Shown here: piece after piece, positions 17,847 through 27,454 of the stretch
How the letters are laid out: each line of letters starts with the position of its first letter
How positions within the stretch are numbered: position 1 is the stretch's first letter
Virus record (IMG/VR): IMGVR_UViG_3300023112_000009
Coordinates: 61,610-125,609 of that record
Strand: one strand, 5' to 3'
From: a virus
DNA: 64,000 nt
The notes under the pieces: model-generated
What the model was told of the DNA's origin: nothing
The model's database searches: none
Seen by the model: the letters and a program-made list of their open reading frames with translations, nothing else
Position numbers and translations under genes: made by a program

Positions 17847-18481
17847 CTAGATGTATTGCTGACAAATCCAGCCACCGAGATGGGTTTTCATAACCCAAAA
17901 ACCACCTTCTCGATGGTTGGGATCACCAGCAATCACAGGAAGTTCTGGATCTAGCTGAGACAATTGTTCAATCAATTCTCGTACTTTCATATCTTTAAAT
18001 TCTATCTTTCGAGCAGTTTGAGGTCAGTAATGTTCCACGAAACGAAGCCCTCGATGGGCTTGTCTAGACGGACTCCTCCGGGGATATCATCATACATTCT
18101 GATGATGGTTCTGGTGCTTCTACCTCGGCGTACCTTCCGCCCAACGAGATCACTATCCGAGTTGTTTATGTCGTTTTTGTTTGTCATTTTTGGATGACCG
18201 TGCTGGTGCGTATTCTACACGATTGTCATTCATTTACAGCGGGATGACGTGGAACTCGCAATCAGACCTATGACTTAAACCAGTACAGGTGCATTGAGCA
18301 AACTTGTAACACATGAGGTCTGAAATCATGTCGCTTTCCTCTTGACTTTGAACGTTATCCTCGGTTAGCCACATGCGATTAAGGGCCTTGTGAACGGTCC
18401 TGTACTCACGTCTGTTAAGCTTTACTTCGATGATTGTGGCAATAGAGCGTTCCAGTAGTTCTTTTACGTGTTGATTGAACA

Positions 18482-18892
18482 TTAGATTTTATCTCTTTTC
18501 AAGCGAATCCACCTAATTAGGTGACGCCGGGTAGTAGGGCCACGAAACTCGTGTCCATCGCCAAGTTCGCGATGTACCAAATTGTGACATTCTACGCAGA
18601 GCCTAATCGTGGGTCTTGCTGATTGTGTGGCCAATCGCTCCTCATTAGAGACAAATGACGCTTTAGGAACTAAGTGATGACGAGTAATGAGTTCGCTGTT
18701 TGACTTGAACGTTTTTAAGCAGGCCGCACACGGTATCATGCTCCTAGCGGTGTTTGAACGCACCTTTCTGAGCTTTTCACTAAGCTTCTTAATGAGAGGG
18801 CGTACGTCCTGGTTTCTGGTTCGTTTTAAAGACTGCACAATGGCATCGAGTTCAACCTCGTCCAGTTTGGTCTTGATGGCAATGTTGTCCAT
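18482..18892 (-). CDS. HNH-like zinc-binding protein
   Basis: CAAC..TRHHLVPK..LCVECHNLVH. Confidence 0.7.
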   Translation of the reverse strand: MDNIAIKTKLDEVELDAIVQSLKRTRNQDVRPLIKKLSEKLRKVRSNTARSMIPCAACLKTFKSNSELITRHHLVPKASFVSNEERLATQSARPTIRLCVECHNLVHRELGDGHEFRGPTTRRHLIRWIRLKRDKI

Positions 18893-19116
18893 TATGGTTT
18901 AGGGCAAGCCTGATACTCTCCAAAACTACCATGAGTGATGTAGTTAGAGTTAATCAGGAAGGAAAGGTCGCATTGCGTGCGATGGAGTTGGGTATCTAGC
19001 TCTAGAGCGATCTCGCTAGCGGTCATGGGGGCACCACCATCCTCTAGTAGCTCGATGATCTTCTGTTGCCTCAGGGGGAGGTCTTTGGATGTGTACATGT
19101 CACAGTATAGCCGCAT
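18892..19116 (-). CDS. Small winged-helix DNA-binding protein
   Basis: QQKIIELL..PMTASEIALEL..LSFL. Confidence 0.55.
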   Translation of the reverse strand: MRLYCDMYTSKDLPLRQQKIIELLEDGGAPMTASEIALELDTQLHRTQCDLSFLINSNYITHGSFGEYQACPKP

Positions 19117-20005
19117 TAGCGGCTAAGTCAAGCTACTTTCCTGTAAAAGACAACATAAGAACGGCCAGTCGAGAAGTCTTCATCTTCTACACGAACCACG
19201 ATTTGGAGAACCCAGTCGCCATCTGGGGTTTGATAGAAGTCGGCGTGAGGGATTGTAGTCATGTTATTTTTAAGCGAATCCTAATCCCTATAGAGAACAA
19301 AAGAAGTCTTACAGGAACAACCAGTAGAAAGACAGGCAGGACAGGTGTAGGCGAGGGCGTTCGTGTGACTAGAGTCTACCACGATTTTGAGACCACAGCA
19401 AGAACATTCGTACGTTTCATCTTCATTGCTTCGTTCTTCTTGATTCTTCATATTGACCACAGGTGTACACACACTCACTATAAGTTAACGGAGGGCCTGC
19501 GTAGTGACGTGGTAGGATGCTTCTGCCAGTTTCGCAGCAGCGGCAGCAGAATCAGCCGTTTCTATGTCCCTCAGGATCACAGTAAGCCTGCCCAGCCGCT
19601 CCTCAGCCGTCTTAGCACTGAGCCCTTGTTCCTTTTGTAGTAGGATCTGTTCCCATAGAAGATTGATCTCTTGTCTTAGTTGTTCTTTCATGTGGGAATG
19701 ATACGCTTTAAAACGTACTCTGTCAAGGTAAAAATCTTTTTAACTTCCAGCTTGACTTCCTGTGGTTTGAGTGTACTATGAATACTCACGCAGAGACGGA
19801 CTGCCGATGCATGAGGTGAGGGGTAGTACCCTGGATACACTGCTTGAGTGGCTGAAGTTAAACGTAGAGGATAGTCAGACCAAAGGCTTGAAATGACAGA
19901 AATGGGGTTTGCGGGTATCAAACCGTCTCATTGATGTTTTCCTTGTTTTTCCTTGACATAGGGCGTATTTCGTCGTATAATGAGGTACTTGAAAACACAT
20001 AGTGT

Positions 20006-20081
20006 CGCGGGGTGGAGCAGTAGGTAGCTCGCCAGACCCATAATCTGGAGGTCGTAGGTTCGAATCCTACCCCCGCTACCA
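20006..20081 (+). tRNA. Initiator-type tRNA-Met(CAT)
   Basis: CGCGGGG acceptor with C1:A72 mismatch, loop CC-CAT-AA, CCA; TTGACA-N17-TATAAT promoter upstream. Confidence 0.92.
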
Positions 20082-20085
20082 ATAC

Positions 20086-20965
20086 ACCAGCCATGACCCA
20101 TGAGCCCGACCGTGGCTGGTTTCGTAGGGGCAACGTAAAGAAGTGGACAACCAGGATTGGCAGCCTATCAACAATCCTGACAAAACCACAGCCGTCAGGC
20201 TGACGGAAGCGGTCGCAACAAGATCGCCCCTAAAAGGACCAGACATTAGTCTGGTCCTATTTTATAGCAAAGAAGTAAGGACGCCACGCTACTATGGATC
20301 GCTTTTGGAACAAGGTACAGAAACTACCGGGGGTCAATACCTGCTGGTTGTGGACCGCTGGAAAAGACAGATATGGATACGGACAGTTTAAGCTGGACGG
20401 TAAGGTTGTACGTGCTCATCAGGTTAGCTGGAAAATCGAGAAGCGTGTGAATCCTTCTTACTTATGTCATACTTGTGACAATCGTGCCTGTGTGAACCCA
20501 GCACACTTGTACGAAGGTAGTCACGCTAGCAACATGAGCGACAAAAAGCACCGCAACCTTACATGGAGTAAATATGACCCTCATGTGATTAGACGTATTC
20601 GTAGGAAGTATGCCGTAGGTTTTTCAAGTGGACAACTCTCGAAAGAATTTAATATCCCTAGGAGCACCGTACTCAATATTCTAGACGGTAAGCTCTGTAG
20701 GAGCACCGGGGGTCCAATTAGAGATCCTAATTTTAGATACTATGGCAATCGCTTTAAAAAAGCCATTCCTAGAAAATCGTAGCAGTGTGGCGAAACGCCT
20801 TACTATGCTCAAAATTCCATCAGTGTCAGTTCTCCCCTTACTGTATCCGGGGAGGCAGGGATGAAGCCTGCCACTTATGTCCCCTCTGGGGAACCCCGAA
20901 TGGGGTGACTTCTCCGCTCAAGGCGGCTACTCGGGTTGGGCGAAGTCACTACTCCCAACGCGGTA
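20086..20965 (+). ncRNA. Candidate structured RNA interrupted by an HNH ORF
   Basis: Many hairpins on both sides; the sequences flanking the ORF are complementary. Confidence 0.55.
20294..20782 (+). CDS. HNH homing endonuclease with HTH
   Basis: RFWNKV, CWLWTA, GYG, AHQVSW, CHTCDNRACVNPAHL. Confidence 0.92.
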   Translation: MDRFWNKVQKLPGVNTCWLWTAGKDRYGYGQFKLDGKVVRAHQVSWKIEKRVNPSYLCHTCDNRACVNPAHLYEGSHASNMSDKKHRNLTWSKYDPHVIRRIRRKYAVGFSSGQLSKEFNIPRSTVLNILDGKLCRSTGGPIRDPNFRYYGNRFKKAIPRKS

Positions 20966-20980
20966 ACAGAGTATACCCTG

Positions 20981-21286
20981 TTATTCTAGAAAGTCAAGCA
21001 AAGGATCCGAAATCTTATGCCCTTCCTGAAGTAAATTGTAATGGCCAGTGCAAAAGTTCTTGCCGTCAAGCAAAAAAGACGCTTCTTGTTTGCACCTGAT
21101 ATGGAAGCATTCCACAGGTTTTTCCAGCATTTGCGTTAAATGATCTCGCAATCGCTCGGCCTCTTCTCTTTCGAGCATACGATAGACGTAATCGGCATCA
21201 TCCGACTGAATTTCTATCCTAAGCTCTAAACGATTCTTATGCCAATCGTTTTGGACGGTGATCGTTTCTTGTAAGTACATGCCCAA
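20981..21286 (-). CDS. Hypothetical protein
   Basis: ORF with an upstream TTGACA box. Confidence 0.55.
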   Translation of the reverse strand: MGMYLQETITVQNDWHKNRLELRIEIQSDDADYVYRMLEREEAERLRDHLTQMLEKPVECFHIRCKQEASFLLDGKNFCTGHYNLLQEGHKISDPLLDFLE

Positions 21287-21451
21287 TCATACCCTTAGGA
21301 TCTAACCCTGTCAACATGTTTCTAATAGTTTCTTATACTCTATGTTATTCTTTATTTTCAAGCATCTTCTGGGGTTGGCCGTAAGGGCAACCTTATATAG
21401 TACAGAGAACGCTTGGTTTTTCTGACTTTCCGAGATTTATTTAGATTCTAT

Positions 21452-21479
21452 TTGACTTTCCAGGACTTAGAGCTATACT
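21452..21479 (+). promoter_or_regulatory. First sigma70-type early promoter of the plus-strand early region
   Basis: TTGACT-N16-TATACT. Confidence 0.75.
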
Positions 21480-21531
21480 CTCCATGTTCGATCAATGAAA
21501 CGCCCCAACGGGCACAACCAAACACAAGACT

Positions 21532-21786
21532 ATGACCACCACGAAAAAGACCACGAAAAAGAATTCCAAGCCCGTTGCCACCACTATCAAGCGAGGCCGG
21601 GGCCGTCCCGCTAGCTTCCCCGCTGACGTGGCAACCCGTGCGATGCTCTCCACGATCCCCGTTGACAGCATCACCCAATTGCACGAACTCAAGACGAAAT
21701 GGGGTGTCAACCTCAATCAAGCCCTGGCCCGCGTGCTACAACGGGCACACAAGGACACTTTCCGCTCCCGCTCGAAAAAGAGCTAA
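21532..21786 (+). CDS. Small basic DNA-binding protein (AT-hook-like RGRGRP plus putative ribbon-helix-helix)
   Basis: KRGRGRP followed by a beta-helix-helix pattern; own terminator at about 21800-21830. Confidence 0.65.
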   Translation: MTTTKKTTKKNSKPVATTIKRGRGRPASFPADVATRAMLSTIPVDSITQLHELKTKWGVNLNQALARVLQRAHKDTFRSRSKKS

Positions 21787-21918
21787 GCCCACAGGAACAG
21801 GCCACCCAATCGGGTGGCTTTTTTCTTTTCTCCCGATTCTGTTTGCATTCCTCCCAATTGTGGGTATACTGTTTGTGAATCGAGGGAACGCCCTCACAAC
21901 CCTAACCAACACAAAGCC

Positions 21919-22986
21919 ATGAGCACTGATATCACAGGATTTTTCAACGCCCGCACCGATACGGATCAAGCGGCCAAAAGCATCTTCTTGGGTGTCGAGG
22001 GTGAAACCTCAGACCGCATCATTTCCGATCTTCCCACGTTTTTGGAGACTGCCGGGAGAGACTACGGCATCCTTCGGAAGCCCGCACTGGTTCGCGATCC
22101 CTTCGGTGGGGTTGACGCCCAAGGGAACGTCTGTGAGGCGATTCGCGAGGTGGACAATCAATATCACCTCTCCCGCACGAGTGACGGGCGAGTCGTGAGC
22201 CCGCACACTGTCACGAAACAGTACGCCCCTCTCACTTTGATGGACGTGGCAACCGAAATCAAGCCCTGGCTTGACGCGGGTTGGGTGACTCCCGATGCCG
22301 TTTTCAGCGGCAAAAACGAAAGTCTCGAATTGCTCTGTCTCAGGATGGATGCAAACGGTATGCTTCCCAACGGGGAGCAATGGCAACACTACATTATCTT
22401 GCGTCTTCCGCACGCTGCGGGCGGCAAGTGCAAGGGTCAAGTGGTGAATTTCCGTCCCCAGTGTTCCAACGTGTACGCTGCAATCGGACGTGGAAACGAG
22501 TTCACGATCTCTCACAGGATTTCGAGCAAGATGGACGACGCGGAACGTCAAGCCGCAATGCTCGCCCGTGTCAAGATGGCTAAGAACGCCTGGAAGACCG
22601 CACAGGATCACATTGAGGTTCTGGCCCGCAAGGTCAACGCATGGAGCGGGAAAGCTCTCACGGTGACTCAGGCTGTCAACCTCACGAACACCCTTCTGGG
22701 GATCAAGTCTCTTGACGACGCTAGCGGTGTCGCTAAGAACAAACAGGAAGCGATCCTAAACGGGTTCGATCTTCCGGAGTTCGGAACGCACGGGGCCACC
22801 CTTTACGATTGGGTGAACGCTGTCACGTTCTACACGTCAAGCCCTAACTCACCCGTAGTGGCGAAATCTACGGTCAACCCGATTGATCGTATGATCCGCA
22901 ACGTGGATCCCCAGGGTACGGGGTTCAAGATGGAAGACGCGGCCCAAAAGCTTGCGGCCCGATTCCTCGGGGGTGACTTCCAGTAA
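21919..22986 (+). CDS. DUF932/DUF945-like phage protein
   Basis: Y.PL, H..GG, R.QCSN, HGATLYDWVNAVTFY pattern. Confidence 0.6.
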   Translation: MSTDITGFFNARTDTDQAAKSIFLGVEGETSDRIISDLPTFLETAGRDYGILRKPALVRDPFGGVDAQGNVCEAIREVDNQYHLSRTSDGRVVSPHTVTKQYAPLTLMDVATEIKPWLDAGWVTPDAVFSGKNESLELLCLRMDANGMLPNGEQWQHYIILRLPHAAGGKCKGQVVNFRPQCSNVYAAIGRGNEFTISHRISSKMDDAERQAAMLARVKMAKNAWKTAQDHIEVLARKVNAWSGKALTVTQAVNLTNTLLGIKSLDDASGVAKNKQEAILNGFDLPEFGTHGATLYDWVNAVTFYTSSPNSPVVAKSTVNPIDRMIRNVDPQGTGFKMEDAAQKLAARFLGGDFQ

Positions 22987-23041
22987 ATAACCTAGGGGCC
23001 AGGGTTGACAAGCCCTGGCCCCTATGCTATACTGTATTCAC

Positions 23042-23263
23042 ATGGGAAGACATACCATTGGGGACCGACGCGGTTCCGTTCGGGGGGCTCCCCCCGACGT
23101 TTACATGGGGTTTGCATCGGCTGACGATGGGGACTCGGAAGCGATGGACGAAGCCATCACTTTGTTTGGCCGGTTTGTATTGTATGCTGTCGGCTCAATT
23201 GTTCTTGCTACAATCGCGGTAATCTTTTCGGCTGTCGGGTGCATTCCTGATATTTCGGATTGA
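23042..23263 (+). CDS. Small membrane protein
   Basis: Promoter TTGACA-N17-TATACT; C-terminal TM helix. Confidence 0.55.
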   Translation: MGRHTIGDRRGSVRGAPPDVYMGFASADDGDSEAMDEAITLFGRFVLYAVGSIVLATIAVIFSAVGCIPDISD

Positions 23264-23342
23264 TCTTTTTTCAGGGAGTCGCTTGACAAAGCGGCTCCCT
23301 GAGGTATACTGTCAGTGTTCGAGAGGACATGAAAACTCATAT

Positions 23343-23535
23343 GGGGCGGTAGCTCAGTCTGGCCAGAGCGGGGGGATAATCTCCCTCGATCAAAGGGTCT
23401 TAGCTAAGGATGTTTAGGGTAGCTCCCGAAGGTGTCCACGGCAGCAAAATAGTAGCCTATTCTGTTAGATCTAATGATGTTGCTAAATACTAGTACGTGC
23501 AATTTGTCGCAGGTTCGAATCCTGCCCGCCTCACC
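23343..23535 (+). ncRNA. tRNA-like RNA with a ~120-nt insertion
   Basis: GGGGCGGTAGCTCAGTCTGGCCAGAGC 5' half and GTCGCAGGTTCGAATCCTGCCCGCCTCACC 3' half; own promoter at 23283-23310. Confidence 0.75.
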
Positions 23536-23728
23536 TTTTTCCCAGTTTTCACTTGACAGCCTGTAAGGCGTTTTCAGCCCGCGAGGAATATGCCCGCGTG
23601 TCTATACTACGTCCGATTGTAAAAAGGTCGGGAGAACGGCTTAGAGAGCGTCTGAGAGAAAATCGCCCTCTTGAAAAAAGAAAAGGGTTATCTACTTGCT
23701 TTCTGTTCTTTCGAGGGTATACTCTGGC

Positions 23729-24361
23729 ATGACGATCAAAGCACTAGAACAAGCCATCGGCGGGCTTTCCAATCCCTCCAAAATGCCGGGATGGTCCTAT
23801 GGGATCCCGGCTTCCGCGTGCAAGATCGGGGCCATCCTTCGCAAGATCAAGCGTAGCGTGTGCTCCAAGTGTTACGCTTTCAAGGGTATGTATGTTTTCC
23901 CGGTTGTGAAGGAAGCACAAGCCCGTAGGCTTGCCATTCTCACGGGGGATCTTGAAACGTGGCAAGGGGATATGATCCAATTGCTTTCTTTCAAGTATCG
24001 CAAGAAAACGGGGGACGATAGGGTATTTCGCTGGCATGACGCGGGGGATATCCAATCGGAGGATCATTTTCAAGCGATTGTGAATATCGCTCTTGCCCTT
24101 CCCGATATCCAATTCTGGATTCCCACAAAAGAGTATGACCTGATTCGCCAGCACGCCCACAAGGCCCCTGCTAACCTCGTGGTGAGGGTTTCGGCCCCGA
24201 TGCTAGGGGATACCCTTCCCATGATCCCCGGCACGGTAGGGAGCACGGTAGGGACCGGCAAGGGCTTTGTCTGTGGAGCGTACACTCGGGAAGGCAAGTG
24301 TGGACCCTGCCGAGCGTGTTGGGATAAATCGGTGGAATGGGTTGACTATCCCCAGCACTAG
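23729..24361 (+). CDS. Phage GP88-like Cys-rich protein
   Basis: GLSNPSKMPG, C..CSKCYA.KG.Y, FRWHDAGD, CGPCRACWD. Confidence 0.8.
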   Translation: MTIKALEQAIGGLSNPSKMPGWSYGIPASACKIGAILRKIKRSVCSKCYAFKGMYVFPVVKEAQARRLAILTGDLETWQGDMIQLLSFKYRKKTGDDRVFRWHDAGDIQSEDHFQAIVNIALALPDIQFWIPTKEYDLIRQHAHKAPANLVVRVSAPMLGDTLPMIPGTVGSTVGTGKGFVCGAYTREGKCGPCRACWDKSVEWVDYPQH

Positions 24362-24374
24362 GGTATACTAGAGT

Positions 24375-24501
24375 GTCGCTTAGGAAGTGGCCTCGCTGGA
24401 CTCGCAAGAGAATGGTCAGCGTCGGGGGCTCCGATCAAGGGGAAACGGAGAAGCGACTATGAATGAGTGAGGCCCGGTGTCAAAACCGGGTCTCTTCTCT
24501 T
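24375..24501 (+). ncRNA. Candidate small RNA with own promoter and terminator
   Basis: TTGACT..TATACT, then GTCGCTT/AAGCGAC closing stem with two internal hairpins, then a hairpin with pyrimidine tract. Confidence 0.5.
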
Positions 24502-24719
24502 AGACCTCCTGTAAGCTCGCTCACGGCCACCGGCTCAAATCCGCGTGTCTATACTACCTTGTTTTGGACTCGTGCCCGCCTAGGGGCCTTGTAGGCCGCA
24601 CAATGGCTTATCTTATTTCTAGCAAAATCTCCTTGCCTTCCTGTGTTTTGACCGTATAATGTACCCATGAACGCGGACGATCAATACGACTGGTGGGAAA
24701 GCAAACCCAAGGAAAAACA

Positions 24720-25031
24720 ATGAATCAAGTCATCGAATGGATTTGGCAACGGCCCGCACGGGCTTTCAAGGTCTACTACAAGGGCAGCCGCTCCAATGCG
24801 ATCACAGAGAAGTGTATCGAGTGTGCCTGCACGCTCAAGGAGGCCAAGGAGTGTGAGATCTCCGATTGTGCCCTATGGTGCTTCCGTCCCGGTGCTACCA
24901 AGGGAGAGGTTCCCTCGTTCGTACCGCCTCAGGACGAGCTACAAGCCTTGGCAGACGCTAAGGTTCCCGATGCTGTCCGCGAGCACGCTCGCAAGATGGG
25001 CAACGCACGGAAGGAAGCTAGCGAGGAGTGA
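24720..25031 (+). CDS. Cys-rich hypothetical protein
   Basis: AI..KCIEC..C..CALW.FRP motif; GGA RBS. Confidence 0.7.
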   Translation: MNQVIEWIWQRPARAFKVYYKGSRSNAITEKCIECACTLKEAKECEISDCALWCFRPGATKGEVPSFVPPQDELQALADAKVPDAVREHARKMGNARKEASEE

Positions 25032-25084
25032 GGTTTCTCCTAATCCTGCTTGACTTCTACCCATTTCTAGGGTATTATCTAAAC

Positions 25085-25243
25085 ATGAAGAGAAGGAAGA
25101 AAAAGAGAAAGCCCAAGGCGGCTGAACAAGGACAACGGGGGGCAGGAGCTATGGCCAACGCTACCCGTGGTAGGGCACGACGATTCACTGACAAGCCCAA
25201 AGCGGCTAACAAGACAGCCTGTAGGGGCAAGGTAGAACTATGA
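25085..25243 (+). CDS. Small very basic protein
   Basis: Leaderless start after TTGACT..TATTAT. Confidence 0.6.
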   Translation: MKRRKKKRKPKAAEQGQRGAGAMANATRGRARRFTDKPKAANKTACRGKVEL

Positions 25244-25590
25244 GCACGGACGAAATGAATGCGATCCTAGGCCCGTGTCCTATTTGCAAAAAGGTCAAGT
25301 GGTGGTATAATGACTTGCCGCTTAGGGCCTTCTGCTGGGGATCACCAGACGACGAACACAAAGAGGTGTCCAGGGTGGCACCAACACAACGCAAGTACGC
25401 ATGAAAGAACGAATCGAAGCTTTCTTGGCAGCCCTAGCAGCCGCGTCCTACTACGATCCTAGCTCGGATAGCTCAGAAGTATTTCAAGGTATGTTCATCG
25501 AGCCCGATGGGGATTACATTGATAGACAAGAGTTGGAAGCATTAGTGAAAGAACATTTGACTTCCACCGATTAGGTGTTATACTGTAACC

Positions 25591-25821
25591 ATGAGCGAAC
25601 AAATCACAATCACAGAGAAGGTCCGCATTGGACTGGACGAACTGATCGCAGACTACAAAGCCTGTTGGTCATGGCAACACGAAAGCTTCTATTCCTTCCT
25701 GAGTGAGAAGGTGGCAGAAAAACTGGATCGTGAACTGGACAACTTCCAGGTTATGTGCTACTCTGTAGTAGGTCACGAACACGACGCCGTTATCTTTGAA
25801 GTCGAGAGGTACGAAGAATGA
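25591..25821 (+). CDS. Hypothetical protein
   Basis: Leaderless start after TTGACT..TATACT. Confidence 0.7.
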   Translation: MSEQITITEKVRIGLDELIADYKACWSWQHESFYSFLSEKVAEKLDRELDNFQVMCYSVVGHEHDAVIFEVERYEE

Positions 25822-26018
25822 CACTACGCTGCAAAACCTGCAACTCAAGCGACGTTCGGCAAGAGTGGACGGCCATGATTGACCCGAACGACGACGATTG
25901 CATGAAGGACTTTGACCCCACCACGTTGGAGTACAATGAGTTTGAGTACTGTCTTGACTGCGAAGACACGACGGACACCTACGACGACACGATGAAAGAC
26001 TTCAACTATTACGCTTGA
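25818..26018 (+). CDS. Acidic zinc-ribbon protein
   Basis: CKTC..CLDC. Confidence 0.65.
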   Translation: MTLRCKTCNSSDVRQEWTAMIDPNDDDCMKDFDPTTLEYNEFEYCLDCEDTTDTYDDTMKDFNYYA

Positions 26019-26047
26019 CATTCTCTGTTTTCAAGCTATACTAGAGC

Positions 26048-26302
26048 ATGAAGAAAGAAAAACTAGCTCTCATCAAGGTCATGGACGAGTGTTTGTGTTC
26101 GCCTGATGGAATGAGCGACAACGCTTACACGGTAGCATACGCTGCACTCGAAGACGATGATGAGATCGTGGATATCTTGGAAGCCGTAGAGGCGACCGAT
26201 GGACGGTTCTACTTTCCCGAGTGTCATGTGGGCATTGAGAACATGCTCCGCGTAGACGTTGGGAGCCGACACGAACAGGACGAGCAGCCGTCCGAGGGAT
26301 AA
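26048..26302 (+). CDS. Acidic hypothetical protein
   Basis: Leaderless start after TTGACA..TATACT. Confidence 0.7.
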   Translation: MKKEKLALIKVMDECLCSPDGMSDNAYTVAYAALEDDDEIVDILEAVEATDGRFYFPECHVGIENMLRVDVGSRHEQDEQPSEG

Positions 26303-26736
26303 GAACCCAGAACAGGCTGAAACGGTATCTCTCACGCTGGGGAGCGGTAAGGGGGTGCCTTGAAAGGCGGAAGACTAAGCATGGGGTCGTTTGAACCGCT
26401 AATACCTCCCGCGATGGATCGCCCCCGATACGCACGGTCGAGAGGTATACTGCCACAATTGTAGAAGGCTGAGAAAACCCTTTACCTCTTTTTAGAAGTG
26501 CGGGAAAAGACGTTACTGTAAAAATAGGCTTCTGCCATATTGGCATAGGGAAAACTTTTCCACGTCAATTTGGCAGGCTCCTGTAAGCTCGCCTACGGCC
26601 ACGGGCAAAAACGCAGGTAGTATAGACACGCGGGTTTGCCGCCATGCCCGTACAGGGCCGCACAGGACGTGCGAATTTCCAGCAACAAAATCCGAAATCC
26701 GTTTGCTTCTCCCGATTGTGGAGGTATAATGAAGGC

Positions 26737-27282
26737 ATGAAAGCAATCAATCAAGCCACCCTGATCGACACGATCAACGCCGTCAAGGGTGCCACGTTCG
26801 CCACGATCATCACCGAAACCGATGCCCGCCTCAAGAAAACGGGCAACCCCTTCGGTCCCGTCCGCAAGATTTCCCGCGTCAACGTTTGCCTCGGTTTCCA
26901 GTATGAGGCCGCTGTAAATCGTCAACGCATCCGTGAGGATTCCGAGGCCGATTTCGAGGCCCGTCCGCGTCAATGGGGCGAGCGTATCTCGGCCATGCTG
27001 ATCGGGCACAAGGGACGGACCTATCTCGAAACCAAGGTCCAGCGTGCTCTCGAAACGTCCTACATCGACGCCACGGGCAAGGAACTCTCCAAGGAAGATG
27101 TTCGCCCCTTCCTTCCTGCACGCTCCAAGAGCCGTCAAGAGGTCGCGGACGAGGTTATCGTCCGAGACTACGCTCTCGATTCGATCCGCTCGCTGGCCTT
27201 CGGTGGCGAAACGTACCTCTTGACTCAAGCAACGGCACCCGTGGCCGTCAAGATCGCCCGCACTCAACCCGTCACGAAATAA
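26737..27282 (+). CDS. Phage early hypothetical protein
   Basis: 181 aa; ATG 6 nt after TATAAT; YEAAVNRQ and HKGRTYL motifs. Confidence 0.8.
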   Translation: MKAINQATLIDTINAVKGATFATIITETDARLKKTGNPFGPVRKISRVNVCLGFQYEAAVNRQRIREDSEADFEARPRQWGERISAMLIGHKGRTYLETKVQRALETSYIDATGKELSKEDVRPFLPARSKSRQEVADEVIVRDYALDSIRSLAFGGETYLLTQATAPVAVKIARTQPVTK

Positions 27283-27454
27283 AGCCGCCAGGAGGCCCCG
27301 CAAGGGGCCTCTCTTGCGTTGTGCCGCGTCCTAGAAAATCCAAGGTAGTATAGACACGCGGGCGGGCGGGCGGTGGCCGTAGCGGGCAGCACAGGAGCCT
27401 GAAATAAATAAGGTTTAGAGTTTGCATTTTCGAGTGGAGAGGGTATACTGTGGC

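Noticed and set aside
19918-20391. ORFs 19918-20133 and 20143-20391
   Set aside because: They overlap tRNA-fMet, the structured RNA and the HNH gene; no coding features.
23343-23535. Canonical tmRNA
   Set aside because: It has a full D stem, G2:U71 instead of G3:U70, is only 193 nt, and has no recognisable tag frame.
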